Shown piece after piece: positions 32,559-43,038 of a DNA stretch of 64,000 nucleotides. Below the pieces are notes generated by a model. That model saw nothing but the letters and a program-made list of their open reading frames with translations, was not told the origin of the DNA and made no database searches. Source of the DNA: Candidatus Epulonipiscium sp. GTDB lineage: Bacteria > Bacillota > Clostridia > Lachnospirales > JAAYNZ01. A program made the translations under genes and the position numbers. The first letter of the stretch is position 1; each line of letters opens with the position of its first letter. The stretch lies in NCBI GenBank assembly GCA_012799415.1, contig JAAZLH010000090.1, positions 17,668-81,667 on the forward strand, given 5' to 3'.

Positions 32559-33659
32559 GTGATAATAATGAAAATAATAGAAGAAATTTTGGATCTTTCT
32601 TTTGATATCGGAAAAATTTTTGATAACTATGTTAATGAAAACATTATCTTTTTTGATATTGAAACGACAGGTTTATCCCCTGATAGGGGTGAAGTATATC
32701 TGATTGGCTGCCTAGTTTTTCAGCAAAATCAATGGCGATTGATTCAGTTTTTAAGTGAATCCCCTTCTGATGAAAAAAAGATACTAGTAGCTTTTCAGAA
32801 CTTATGCAACTTTCATGACACTTACATTCATTTTAATGGACGTTCTTTTGATATTCCATACCTAAATAAAAAATTTTCCCATTACCATTTAAAAGGTTTT
32901 TCTTCTCTTAGTACAGAAATTGACCTTTTTAGAAAAATCAAATCCTATCATGCTTTATTACAATTAGAAACATATAGTCTTTCTTCTTTAATGGAGTTTG
33001 TAGGAAGAAAGCGAAAGGATTTTTTTACAGGAAGAGAATTAATTGGCCAATATCTTCAATATCGATCCCAGAAATCATCTTGCCTTGAAAAAAACATTCT
33101 TTTGCACAATAAAGAAGATGTTCTAGGACTATTAGATGTATTTATCATAGAGCAACAAATTCAAGCATTAAAATCTGCTTATAAAGTGAACAGTTGGTAT
33201 ATAGAATCTAATAGTATTGAAGAAAAGAAATTGCATGGCTCAATTCAATTCAATCAGCCCTCTTATCTAGACTTTGTTTTAAATCTACCATGGGGTAAAA
33301 TTATATTTTATTCAAAAGATACGAAGGCGGATCTATGCATTCAGCTTTTTCACGGAACAGCCTATCATTTTTTTGACAATTATAAAGAGTATTATTATAT
33401 AGCTGATCAAGATGAAGCCATTCATAAGTCTGTAGGAAAATTTCTCCCTCCTATAAAAAGAAAACAGGCAACAGCTTCTAATTGCTATATAAAAAAAGAA
33501 GGGCTATTTATTCCTATATGGATGGCAGTAGATAATCTCCCTCTCTTTTTTTTAAGTATTAGAAAGGAACAAGGATACCTTCCTATAAATTTCTCTAATC
33601 AAAAAGAGCTGCTTTCTATATGGCTAGAACAATGGCTACAAACTATTTTCCTATTATAA
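32559..33659 (+). CDS. YprB-like RNase H-fold protein
   Basis: FFDIETTGL, HFNGRSFDIPYL and HNKEDV motifs. Confidence 0.8.
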   Translation: MIIMKIIEEILDLSFDIGKIFDNYVNENIIFFDIETTGLSPDRGEVYLIGCLVFQQNQWRLIQFLSESPSDEKKILVAFQNLCNFHDTYIHFNGRSFDIPYLNKKFSHYHLKGFSSLSTEIDLFRKIKSYHALLQLETYSLSSLMEFVGRKRKDFFTGRELIGQYLQYRSQKSSCLEKNILLHNKEDVLGLLDVFIIEQQIQALKSAYKVNSWYIESNSIEEKKLHGSIQFNQPSYLDFVLNLPWGKIIFYSKDTKADLCIQLFHGTAYHFFDNYKEYYYIADQDEAIHKSVGKFLPPIKRKQATASNCYIKKEGLFIPIWMAVDNLPLFFLSIRKEQGYLPINFSNQKELLSIWLEQWLQTIFLL

Positions 33660-33663
33660 TTTA

Positions 33664-34452
33664 TTAAGTAATGTCATTGGTAGTCTTTTGATAGAAAAAA
33701 GTTTTTTTAGAGGAAAATCCATAGCGATGAGCTAGAATAATTTGCTCAGTGCTACCCACAAACAGAATTCCCCCCTCCTTTAAGGAGTGATTAAATTTTT
33801 TATAAATTTCAGATTTTGCTTCTTCGGTAAAGTAAATTAAAACATTGCGGCAGATAATGAGATCACATTGTGTTGGATATATATCTTTTAATAGGTCATG
33901 AGATTTAAACTCTACACAATTTTTAATTTCATCTTTTACTCTGTATGAATCGCCTAGTCTTTCAAAGTATTTTTCTTTAAATTCTTTTGGAACTGATGCA
34001 ATACTTTTTTCATTATATACACCAATTTGGGCTCTAGCTAGAATTTTTTCATCAATATCTGTTGCTAATACTTTAATCTGAGATAAAGGAAAAAATTTCG
34101 ATAATAGCATGACTAGAGAATAAGGTTCATCCCCTGTAGAACATGCTGCGCTCCAAATCTTTAGATTTTGTGATCTAGAAGCCAAGGATGGCAAAATATC
34201 TTTTTCTAAAACCTCCCATTGAGAAGGATTTCTAAAGAATTCTGAAACATTGATCGTTAAATAATTAATAAATTCTTTGTATAATTTTGAATCTATTTTT
34301 AATCCTTCTACATAAGTTTGATAACTATCATATTGATTTTTTTTAATTAAAGAATCGATTCGACGTTTCATTTGTCGTTCTTTATAGCTATGTAAATCAA
34401 TGCCTGTTAATTTTAAAATAGCATCTTTAAAACCTTCATAATCTTGAATCAT
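33664..34452 (-). CDS. cheR: Chemotaxis methyltransferase
   Basis: TINVSEFFR, WSAACSTGDEPYS and CRNVLIYF motifs. Confidence 0.95.
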   Translation of the reverse strand: MIQDYEGFKDAILKLTGIDLHSYKERQMKRRIDSLIKKNQYDSYQTYVEGLKIDSKLYKEFINYLTINVSEFFRNPSQWEVLEKDILPSLASRSQNLKIWSAACSTGDEPYSLVMLLSKFFPLSQIKVLATDIDEKILARAQIGVYNEKSIASVPKEFKEKYFERLGDSYRVKDEIKNCVEFKSHDLLKDIYPTQCDLIICRNVLIYFTEEAKSEIYKKFNHSLKEGGILFVGSTEQIILAHRYGFSSKKTFFYQKTTNDIT

Positions 34453-34525
34453 AAATTGGTTCCCCCTTGGTTAATAGATAAATTTGTATTATTTATTCAG
34501 ATATTTACAAAATGATTGGTTCGTA

Positions 34526-34557
34526 TAGAATATACATGTAATTACATGTATATTCTA
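34526..34557. repeat. Perfect 32-bp palindrome overlapping the cheR promoter
   Basis: TAGAATATACATGTAATTACATGTATATTCTA; minus-strand TTGACA(34574-79)-16bp-TAGAAT(34552-57). Confidence 0.75.
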
Positions 34558-34600
34558 ACAGTTTTCATTACAATGTCAATCTTAACCAAGAGGTTGGGTT

Positions 34601-35266
34601 TTACACATAGCGTTTTTTTAGCTCAAGAAATATATCTTCCCAGCTGACATTTTGGTTGACCATAAGAACTGTTAAGTGATAAAGTAGGTCTGCTACTTCA
34701 TAAGTGATTTCTTCAGGATTTTGATTCTTTGCCCCAATAATCACTTCTGCTGTCTCTTCACCTACTTTTTTTAGGATTTTATCTAGTCCCTTCTCTAAAA
34801 GATAATTAGTATAAGACCCTTCTTTGGGATTGTTTTTTCTGTCTACAACAACATTATAAACATCTTTTAGAATTTGGGATGCATAGGTTTCTACAGGATC
34901 AAAAACTAAGTCTTGTTTTTCAACAAGCCCTTTTTTTTTCTCTAAATCTTGATAAAAACAGGATTTATGTCCCGTATGGCAAGCACCACCAATTTGTTCC
35001 ACTTGAATTAAAAGAGTATCATGATCACAATCAAGGGATATTTTTTTCACTTTCTGATAATGTCCTGAGGCTTCACCCTTTAGCCATAGCTGTTTTCGAC
35101 TTCGACTATAATAGTGAACTTTCATTGTTTCCAATGTTTTTTGCAGTGCTTCTTCATTCATGTAAGCTAACATAAGGACTTCTCTGGTTAGGTTATCCTG
35201 GGTAATTACTGGGATAAGACCGTTATTATCAAATTTAATAGAAGCAATAACTTCCATAGGAATCAT
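34601..35266 (-). CDS. hisIE: Phosphoribosyl-AMP cyclohydrolase / phosphoribosyl-ATP pyrophosphatase
   Basis: SRSR..LWLKGE, DCDHD, ACHTG..SCF and KKVGEE motifs. Confidence 0.95.
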   Translation of the reverse strand: MIPMEVIASIKFDNNGLIPVITQDNLTREVLMLAYMNEEALQKTLETMKVHYYSRSRKQLWLKGEASGHYQKVKKISLDCDHDTLLIQVEQIGGACHTGHKSCFYQDLEKKKGLVEKQDLVFDPVETYASQILKDVYNVVVDRKNNPKEGSYTNYLLEKGLDKILKKVGEETAEVIIGAKNQNPEEITYEVADLLYHLTVLMVNQNVSWEDIFLELKKRYV

Positions 35267-35283
35267 CCTTTCTTTTCATTATC

Positions 35284-36042
35284 CTAAAATACAGGGACCT
35301 TTTTTTCATATAAAAATTTTTTTAGTGCTTGAATATCTATTTCTTTAAAATGAAATAAGGATGCTGCTAAAGCTGCATCAGCATGACCCTTTTCAAAGGC
35401 ATCATAAAAATCTTTCATTGTTCCTGCTCCACCAGATGCAATGATAGGTATAGTCACTTTTTCCTTAACACACTTTAGTAAAGAAATATCGTATCCTGAT
35501 TTTGTACCGTCTCGATCCATACTTGTAAGCAATATTTCTCCGGCGCCTCTTTTTTCTACCTCTTGAACCCACTTTAATACATCTATATTTGTGTTCATTC
35601 TTCCCCCGTTAATATATACATCCCATCCGGAATAATTTTCTCGTTTCTTCACATCAACAGCTACAACAACTCTTCGACTTTCAAAATTCAGAACAAGTTC
35701 ATTAATTAGCTCTGGAGTCTGTACAGCTGCCGAATTTAAAGATATTTTTTGAGCACCCGCACTCAGAATTTCACGAACATCTTCTATTGTTCTAATGCCT
35801 CCTCCCACAGTAAGGGGAATATTTGTTTGTTCTGCGATTTTGCGTACTACATCAATCATTATATTTCTTTTCTCATATGTGGCATTGATATCTAATAAAA
35901 CCAATTCATCTGCACCAACTTGACTGTAGTATTCTGCAATTTCAACAGGATCTCCTGCATCTCTTAATCCTGTAAAATGAACACCTTTCACGACTCTCCC
36001 TTGATAAAGATCTAAACATGGAATAATTCTTTTGTGCTTCAT
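35284..36042 (-). CDS. hisF: Imidazole glycerol phosphate synthase cyclase subunit
   Basis: RIIPCLD, GGGIR and [13 protein letters not shown] motifs. Confidence 0.95.
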   Translation of the reverse strand: MKHKRIIPCLDLYQGRVVKGVHFTGLRDAGDPVEIAEYYSQVGADELVLLDINATYEKRNIMIDVVRKIAEQTNIPLTVGGGIRTIEDVREILSAGAQKISLNSAAVQTPELINELVLNFESRRVVVAVDVKKRENYSGWDVYINGGRMNTNIDVLKWVQEVEKRGAGEILLTSMDRDGTKSGYDISLLKCVKEKVTIPIIASGGAGTMKDFYDAFEKGHADAALAASLFHFKEIDIQALKKFLYEKKVPVF

Positions 36043-36046
36043 TTTA

Positions 36047-36769
36047 TCACCTCGTTTCAAATTGCTGAATAACTGTAGAAAGATCCAAGAACCCTTGATA
36101 TAGAGCTTTACCTATGATGGCTCCTTCTACCTGAATTTGTTGTAGTGCTTTTAAATCTCCTATATTAGTGACACCACCAGAAGCAATGATATTCATATTT
36201 GTTTGTTCTATAAGATTTTTAGTAGCCTCTACATTAGGACCCGATAACATACCGTCTTTTGAAATATCTGTATATATAATTGTTTCTACCCCTATTTCCT
36301 TCATTTGAAGACATGTTTCTACGGCAGAGAAGGGGCTTACTTTTTCCCAACCTTCAATAGCTACTTTTCCATCTTTTGCATCAATTCCTACTACAATATG
36401 ATCTTTACCAAACCTCCTGATGGCTTCTTTTACAAAAGAAGGGTCTTGAATGGCTACAGTTCCCAGAATGACTCTTTGAATTCCTAACGAAAGTTTTTGC
36501 TCAATAGAAGCCATAGTTCGTATCCCTCCTCCTAATTGGATAGGAATTGAGATTTTTTGTGCTATTTTTTTAATCACTTCCAAGTTTACTGTATTTCCTA
36601 CCAAAGCACCATCTAGGTCGACCAAGTGTAAATAGGTGGCACCACACTCTGCCCATTTTAACGCAGTTTGTAGTGGATCCTCATCATAAATTGTAATTTC
36701 ATTAAACTTCCCTTGTTTAAGTCTAACGCAATTTCCATTTTTAATATCAATGGCAGGATAAATTCTCAT
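36047..36769 (-). CDS. hisA: ProFAR isomerase
   Basis: [22 protein letters not shown] and TDISKDG motifs. Confidence 0.95.
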   Translation of the reverse strand: MRIYPAIDIKNGNCVRLKQGKFNEITIYDEDPLQTALKWAECGATYLHLVDLDGALVGNTVNLEVIKKIAQKISIPIQLGGGIRTMASIEQKLSLGIQRVILGTVAIQDPSFVKEAIRRFGKDHIVVGIDAKDGKVAIEGWEKVSPFSAVETCLQMKEIGVETIIYTDISKDGMLSGPNVEATKNLIEQTNMNIIASGGVTNIGDLKALQQIQVEGAIIGKALYQGFLDLSTVIQQFETR

Positions 36770-36817
36770 CTGTCATTCTCCTCACATTTTATTTTTACAA
36801 ATAAACAACTTTTAAAT

Positions 36818-37408
36818 TTAAAGTTCTAGCATTCCTTTTGTAGATAAAACACCTTGAACTCTCGGATCAATCTGTATAGCTTCGTCTAACGCTTTTCCTG
36901 CTGCTTTAAAAAGTGCTTCAGCAATATGATGATTATTTTTACCAGCTAACACTTTCAAGTGTAGATTGATTCCTCCATGAAGGCAAAGCGCTCGAAAGAA
37001 TTCTTCAACCATTTCTGTTTCCATAGTCCCTAAATTAGGAACTGTAAATGATGCATCTACTACAGAATAAGGGCGCCCTGATAGATCTACAGCTGCTAAG
37101 ACTAAAGTTTCTTCCATGGGCAAGATACAGGACCCATATCGTTTAATTCCTTTTTTATCCCCTAAAGCCTTAGTAAAAGCTTGCCCTAGTACAATTCCTA
37201 CATCTTCTATTGTATGATGAGCATCTACTACGATATCGCCTACTGCTTGGATAGTTAAATCCATAAATCCATGTTTACTAAATAATGTTAGCATATGATC
37301 AAAGAAGCCAACTCCAGTTTCTATATCGCTTTTTCCCATTCCATCAATAAGTAAGGTTAATTGGATATCCGTTTCTTGTGTTTTTCTTATAATGCTTGCT
37401 TCTCTCAT
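36818..37408 (-). CDS. hisB: Imidazoleglycerol-phosphate dehydratase
   Basis: FFDHML, DAHHTIED and NNHHIAE motifs. Confidence 0.96.
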   Translation of the reverse strand: MREASIIRKTQETDIQLTLLIDGMGKSDIETGVGFFDHMLTLFSKHGFMDLTIQAVGDIVVDAHHTIEDVGIVLGQAFTKALGDKKGIKRYGSCILPMEETLVLAAVDLSGRPYSVVDASFTVPNLGTMETEMVEEFFRALCLHGGINLHLKVLAGKNNHHIAEALFKAAGKALDEAIQIDPRVQGVLSTKGMLEL

Positions 37409-37459
37409 TGTTCTTCTCCCCTCTTTTGTTTTTTAATTCTTTAATCAGTATCTTTATGA

Positions 37460-38518
37460 TCAAGATAGTACATTTTCTTTTAGAACTTGAAATATTTTTT
37501 GATTTTCTTCTCGAGTGCCAATAGTAACTCTAAAGCAACTTAAAAGTCCAGGATGATTAGAAAAATCTCTAACTAGAATATTTTTTTGCTGAAAAATTTT
37601 ACTTATACTCTTATTTTTGATTTCAATTAATAAAAAATTAGCTTTAGAGGGGTATACCTTATAACCTATATCTATCAACTGCGAGGCTAGCCAATCTTTT
37701 TCCTTCTGTAATGCTTTTATGCGTTCCTCATAAAGAGGGATTTGTTCTAATGCCATAAGAACAATTTTTTCAGATAAGGTGTTTAAATTGTAAGGGGGTT
37801 TTGTAATTGATATGGCATCAATCATTTCTTTGGATCCTATTCCATATCCAACACGGAGTCCTGCCAGACCAAAAGCTTTAGAAAATGTACGAATAACAAA
37901 TATATGAGGGTATTTATGAATAAAGTCAATCATACTATCATCCATAAATTCACCATAAGCTTCATCTATAAGTACAGGACAAGTTACTTTAGAGACAATT
38001 TCCTCAATGCCACCAATAGAAAGTTGGTTACCTGTAGGATTGTTAGGCGTACATAAAACAATAATTTTAGGTTTATATTTAGCATAAGCCTCTAATATTT
38101 TTGAAGTAGAATAGTGATAATTTTCTTCTAAAGGCACCTCGATCGGAATGCCATGATTCATACGTGCACTTAAACTATACATAGTAAAAGACGGACTAGG
38201 TAAAAGTATTTGATCATTAGGCTCTAAAAAGACTTTCATCATGCAATCAATAAGCTGATCAGAACCTACTCCACAGATTACATTATCCTCTTCTACATTC
38301 CAAAGCTTACCTATGGCCCTTCGTAAATCATTACTATCTGTATCTGGATATCGATTTAGATTTTCTTCTTTTTCAATCCATTCAATGAGCTGGTGTTTAA
38401 CTTTTACCGGTAAAGAAAAGGGACTTTCATTCGCATCTAATTTTATTTCATAAGGAACAGCTGGTGAATGATATGGTTTTAAATTTTGAAGATCTTTCCT
38501 TATATAAGAGTTAATCAT
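37460..38518 (-). CDS. hisC: Histidinol-phosphate aminotransferase
   Basis: LDANESP, PNNPTG, DEAY and TFSKAFGLAGLR motifs. Confidence 0.95.
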   Translation of the reverse strand: MINSYIRKDLQNLKPYHSPAVPYEIKLDANESPFSLPVKVKHQLIEWIEKEENLNRYPDTDSNDLRRAIGKLWNVEEDNVICGVGSDQLIDCMMKVFLEPNDQILLPSPSFTMYSLSARMNHGIPIEVPLEENYHYSTSKILEAYAKYKPKIIVLCTPNNPTGNQLSIGGIEEIVSKVTCPVLIDEAYGEFMDDSMIDFIHKYPHIFVIRTFSKAFGLAGLRVGYGIGSKEMIDAISITKPPYNLNTLSEKIVLMALEQIPLYEERIKALQKEKDWLASQLIDIGYKVYPSKANFLLIEIKNKSISKIFQQKNILVRDFSNHPGLLSCFRVTIGTREENQKIFQVLKENVLS

Positions 38519-39809
38519 TTTGAAACCTCACTTTCACTGCATTGGCATGAGCTGTTAACGCTTCTGCTTCTGCAAAATATTCAATGTCTTTATGCAGTGC
38601 TTTTAAGGCATCTTTATTGAAGGCAATAACACTTGATTTTTTAACAAAATCGTCAACGGATAAGGGAGAAAAAAACTTTGCTGTACCGTTGGTGGGAAGA
38701 ACATGATTAGGACCTGCCATATAATCACCTAAAGGTTCCGGTGAATATTCCCCTAAAAAGATAGCACCTGCATTTTTAATAAAAGGTAATAATTCAAAAG
38801 GTTCTTTTGTTATTATTTCTAAATGTTCAGGTGCAATTTGGTTACTAATATTTATTGCTTCTTTTATGTCTTTAACAATAATGATGGCACCAAACTTTTC
38901 AAGAGAACGTTGAATAATTTCTTCTCTAGAAAGGACCTGGCTTTGTTTGTTTATTTCTTGCTGGACTTGTTTAGCTAGTTCAGTACTATTTGTAACTAGA
39001 ATAGCAGAAGCTAATTCATCATGCTCAGCTTGAGATAATAAATCGGCAGCTACATAAGTAGGATTTGCGCTTTGATCTGCTATAATTAAAATTTCGCTAG
39101 GTCCAGCGATAGAGTCAATACTTACATACCCATAAACCGCTCGCTTGGCTAAAGCTACGAAAATGTTTCCTGGACCTACAATTTTATCCACTTTAGGGAT
39201 ACTTTCTGTACCAAAAGCGAGAGCAGCTATGGCCTGAGCGCCACCTACTTTATAAATTTCTGTAACACCTGCTTCATGAGCTGCTACAAGAGTTGCTGCT
39301 GGTAGTTCTTTTCCACCTTGGACTGGAGTAACCATAATGATACGCTCTACCCCAGCTACTTTGGCAGGAATTACATTCATCAATACGGAAGATGGATAGG
39401 CAGCCTTTCCACCCGGTACATATACACCTGCACTCTCTACTGCAGTTATTTTCTGCCCTAAAATTGACCCTAAAGGATCAGTATCAAACCAGCTATTTTG
39501 TTTTTGTTTGTTATGGTAGGCTTCTATTCTTTGAATCGATCGTCGGATAATAGTTATATATTCCTCGCTCATAGTTTCATAGGCCTGCTGAATTTCTTCA
39601 TTAGTTACTTTGACAGTAGAAGGTGTTAGACGAATTCCATCAAAACGTTCTGTATACTCAAAAACTGCTTGATCCTTTTTTTTACGGACTTCTTTAATAA
39701 TGGATTGTACTACTTCTTGCTCTTGGTGAAGGTCAAGTTGGGTACGTTCAAAAAAATTTTTAAAAAATATATCAGCTTCTTGATTTTGAGAATTAATAAT
39801 AGGTATCAT
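38511..39809 (-). CDS. hisD: Histidinol dehydrogenase
   Basis: YVPGG, GPGN, AGPSE, QAEH and APEH motifs. Confidence 0.96.
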   Translation of the reverse strand: MIPIINSQNQEADIFFKNFFERTQLDLHQEQEVVQSIIKEVRKKKDQAVFEYTERFDGIRLTPSTVKVTNEEIQQAYETMSEEYITIIRRSIQRIEAYHNKQKQNSWFDTDPLGSILGQKITAVESAGVYVPGGKAAYPSSVLMNVIPAKVAGVERIIMVTPVQGGKELPAATLVAAHEAGVTEIYKVGGAQAIAALAFGTESIPKVDKIVGPGNIFVALAKRAVYGYVSIDSIAGPSEILIIADQSANPTYVAADLLSQAEHDELASAILVTNSTELAKQVQQEINKQSQVLSREEIIQRSLEKFGAIIIVKDIKEAINISNQIAPEHLEIITKEPFELLPFIKNAGAIFLGEYSPEPLGDYMAGPNHVLPTNGTAKFFSPLSVDDFVKKSSVIAFNKDALKALHKDIEYFAEAEALTAHANAVKVRFQND

Positions 39810-40458
39810 TAAATCCCTCCCCCTTTAATAACTGCTCTCTAATTTGATCGATTAAATATTTAATTCGTTCGTGTTCTATCTTCATGCTAACACGATTGAT
39901 CACCATTCTTGCGGAAATAGGCGTAATATCTTCCAAAACAACTAATCCGTTTTCTTTTAATGTTTTTCCTGTTTCTACAATGTCTACAATAACTTCTGAA
40001 AGACCTACAATAGGGGCAAGTTCTACAGATCCATTTAATTTCACAATCTCTACTGTTTGATGTTTTTTATTATAGAAATAATCCATTGCAATATTAGGAT
40101 ATTTTGTAGCTACACGCAAAGGAACTCCTTGATCAAGTTTTTTTTTCATTTCAGGCGGTCCAGCCACAGCCATTTTACATGCACCAAAACCCACATTTAG
40201 TACTTCATAAAGGTTTCGTTTTTCTTCCAATAATGTATCTTTACCTACAACGCCTATATCAGCTACTCCATACTCTACATAGGTAGGAACATCACTAGCT
40301 TTCGCTAAAAAGAACTTAAGTTTTTGTTCTTCATTGACAAAAACTAATTTTCTAGACTTTTCCTTCATTTCTTCACAAGTAAATCCTGCGGATTCTAATA
40401 ATTCCATTGTTTGTTTAGCTAAGCGTCCTTTAGCTAAAGCAAATGTTAAATATCTCAT
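39793..40458 (-). CDS. hisG: ATP phosphoribosyltransferase (short form)
   Basis: ALAKGRL, GSVELAP and DIVETG motifs. Confidence 0.95.
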   Translation of the reverse strand: MRYLTFALAKGRLAKQTMELLESAGFTCEEMKEKSRKLVFVNEEQKLKFFLAKASDVPTYVEYGVADIGVVGKDTLLEEKRNLYEVLNVGFGACKMAVAGPPEMKKKLDQGVPLRVATKYPNIAMDYFYNKKHQTVEIVKLNGSVELAPIVGLSEVIVDIVETGKTLKENGLVVLEDITPISARMVINRVSMKIEHERIKYLIDQIREQLLKGEGFNDTYY

Positions 40459-40472
40459 TGCACCCTCACCTC

Positions 40473-41732
40473 CTAATCTATATTCAATAGTGCTGAGACT
40501 GTTGTATATGTTACTTCCTCAGTCAATATATTGATCAATGTAATATTTTCATTATCCTTAAAATATAAAATGCCGTTAATATTTTTTTGCTTGGCATAAG
40601 CCTTGTTTTTTTCTAAGTCTTCTCCTAATAGACTATTTTCAATATACATACCTTGACTCCTAAGAACTTGACTTACGGCAAAAGCTTGTTTGCGGCCTGT
40701 TGGTGAATACATAAGTAATGTATCTACTGCATCAATAGGGATCTTAATATTCTGTTGTTCTAGAACAGCCAATACTTGATTGGTTATTAAAGCAAAGCCC
40801 ACTGCAGGCTGGGAGTTGCCATATTCTTTGAGCAATCCATTGTATCGTCCACCATGCAGAATTGGAGCACCACTGCCATAAGTATAGCCTCGAAAGATAA
40901 TACCAGTATAATAATGAAGTCGATTAACCATGCCTAAATCAAAAAATACATACTGTTCAACACCATAGTCACAAAGTACTTTATACAATTCATTAAGATC
41001 AGCTAGGGCTTTAAGAGCTTTTGGGCTTTTTGTCATTGTCTTGGCTTTATCTAAAATATTAAGCTCTCCAAAAAATTGAGGCAGTTCTAAAAACAATTGT
41101 TTTAAAGGTAAGGGTAAAGGATGCTGAGTGATAATATCTTCTACCCCAATATAGTCTTTACGATTAATAAAATTCCTTATTTCTTCCCCAGTCTCTTCAT
41201 CAAAGCCTGCTTCTTCTAAAATCCCTTTAAAAAACTCAACGTTGCCTATATCCAGCTGGAACTCCTTAAATCCACAGGCAAGCAAGCTTTGGATGGCTAA
41301 TGCGATAGCCTCTGCATCTGTTTCTGTAGAATCGATCCCAATAATTTCTATGCCTGCTTGCGTAAACTCCCTCATTTTACCTTGAAAATTTTCATTATAA
41401 CGAAAAACATTTTCTAAATAAGAAAGCCTTAATGGCTTTTCTTCAGATCGATAAGTTGTAGCTGCCATCCTTGCAATTGGAGGTGTCATATCAGGTCGCA
41501 AAACTAGAATATTTCCTTCTCTATCAAAAAATTTATACATTTGTTTAGGCTCAATATTTCCCTTATCATTTGAAAAAACTTCATAGTATTCAAAAGTAGG
41601 CGTATGAACTTGCCAAAAACCATATTGATGAAATAGAGATCTTATCTTTTGTTCTAAGTTAACTTTTTGATCATATTCTGTATAGAGAATATCACGGACC
41701 CCGTCCGGGGTATGAAGCTGATTTTCTTTCAT
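40473..41732 (-). CDS. hisZ: ATP phosphoribosyltransferase regulatory subunit
   Basis: HisRS-like [16 protein letters not shown] and YYTG motifs; upstream of short hisG. Confidence 0.92.
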   Translation of the reverse strand: MKENQLHTPDGVRDILYTEYDQKVNLEQKIRSLFHQYGFWQVHTPTFEYYEVFSNDKGNIEPKQMYKFFDREGNILVLRPDMTPPIARMAATTYRSEEKPLRLSYLENVFRYNENFQGKMREFTQAGIEIIGIDSTETDAEAIALAIQSLLACGFKEFQLDIGNVEFFKGILEEAGFDEETGEEIRNFINRKDYIGVEDIITQHPLPLPLKQLFLELPQFFGELNILDKAKTMTKSPKALKALADLNELYKVLCDYGVEQYVFFDLGMVNRLHYYTGIIFRGYTYGSGAPILHGGRYNGLLKEYGNSQPAVGFALITNQVLAVLEQQNIKIPIDAVDTLLMYSPTGRKQAFAVSQVLRSQGMYIENSLLGEDLEKNKAYAKQKNINGILYFKDNENITLINILTEEVTYTTVSALLNID

Positions 41733-41752
41733 TTTAACCACCCTCACTCTTT

Positions 41753-41818
41753 TGATTTACCATGCTAAAGTAATGAAATAATAAATGTTATTATAATGCT
41801 ATTCTTTATATTTGTCAA
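41753..41818 (-). promoter_or_regulatory. his operon sigma-A promoter and HisR(YerC)-type operator
   Basis: Minus-strand TTGACA(41813-18)-17bp-TATAAT(41790-95); TACTTTAGCATGGTAAATCA at 41753-41772 resembles YACTTTA-N6-TAAAGTR. Confidence 0.65.
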
Positions 41819-41921
41819 ATCTTTTTTATTTTTTAACTAATAAAATTTTTTGGCTTGCAAGGGATCAAGTTTTTTAAATAATTGGTTGATTGTAATTTTT
41901 TAACTTTATAGAGATAATATA

Positions 41922-41979
41922 TAATAAAACCTAGTAAAAGAGAGAGTAGCCATCACATTTCTCTTACTAGGTTTTATTA
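41922..41979 (-). terminator. Terminator downstream of mutY
   Basis: TAATAAAACCTAGTAA...TTACTAGGTTTTATTA inverted repeat. Confidence 0.65.
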
Positions 41980-41986
41980 AGTAATC

Positions 41987-43033
41987 TTATAATACTTTTT
42001 GTAAAATAGCTTGGTACGCAGTAGGGATTGTCAATTTTTCCATAATAGAAACCGTAGCCCATTGCATTGTGGGCATCATTGAATCAAAAGATGATAAGGT
42101 GCATTTATATACTTTCATTTTCCAATGTCGATGAGTGAAAGTATGTTCTGTTTTTAAAAGCAAGCTTTCTGGTTGAATAACAAGACCATATTTTTTTTGA
42201 AATTTTTCTACAAATTCTTTTTTATTTTCTGCTTGTACCCCAGGAAATTCCCAAAGCCCTCCCAGTAATCCTCCTTCTTTCCGCTGATTCATTAACACAC
42301 TATCTCCCTTATAGATCACTGCTATATACCGATTTTCTATTTTAGGTTTTGCTTTTTTGGCCTTTATAGGTAGGTTTTGTTCCTCCCCTTGAATAAAAGC
42401 CTTGCAATTTTCCTGCATTGGGCATTGTGAGCATCTAGGAGAGGTTGGTATACAAATAAGCGCTCCTAGTTCCATTATTGCTTGAGTAAAGTCTGAGGCT
42501 GCTCCTTCAGGAATATAATACCTTACAATGTCTTCAATTTCTCTTTTTGTACTTTGTAATGTGATATCTTTTTCGACTAAAAAAAGGCGTGATATTACTC
42601 GTAGCACATTACCATCAACGGCTGGGTAAGCCTGATTATAAGCTATACTTAGGATAGCTCCTGCAGTATATGGACCAATTCCAGGTAGAGATATCACCTC
42701 TTCATATGTTTTTGGGAAAACCCCTTTATATTGCTCTACAATAAGGACAGCCGTTTTGTGAATATTACGCGCTCTTGAGTAATAACCCAATCCTTCCCAT
42801 AATTTTAAAATGTCTTCTAGAGGAGATTTTGCTACATCATAAATGGTAGGAAATCGATGCATAAATCTTTCGTAATAAGCGATAACTGTTTCTACTCGTG
42901 TTTGTTGTAACATAATCTCAGAAATCCAAATACCATAAGGGTCTTTTCTTTGTCGCCAAGGTAGATCACGCTGATCTCGCTGATACCAACGGATAAGATC
43001 CATGACCCACCGTTGATGGTCATCATTATACAT
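41987..43033 (-). CDS. mutY: A/G-specific adenine glycosylase
   Basis: SEIMLQQT, WEGLGYYSRARN, HhH-GPD and FeS cluster Cys motifs. Confidence 0.95.
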   Translation of the reverse strand: MYNDDHQRWVMDLIRWYQRDQRDLPWRQRKDPYGIWISEIMLQQTRVETVIAYYERFMHRFPTIYDVAKSPLEDILKLWEGLGYYSRARNIHKTAVLIVEQYKGVFPKTYEEVISLPGIGPYTAGAILSIAYNQAYPAVDGNVLRVISRLFLVEKDITLQSTKREIEDIVRYYIPEGAASDFTQAIMELGALICIPTSPRCSQCPMQENCKAFIQGEEQNLPIKAKKAKPKIENRYIAVIYKGDSVLMNQRKEGGLLGGLWEFPGVQAENKKEFVEKFQKKYGLVIQPESLLLKTEHTFTHRHWKMKVYKCTLSSFDSMMPTMQWATVSIMEKLTIPTAYQAILQKVL

Positions 43034-43038
43034 TTTGT

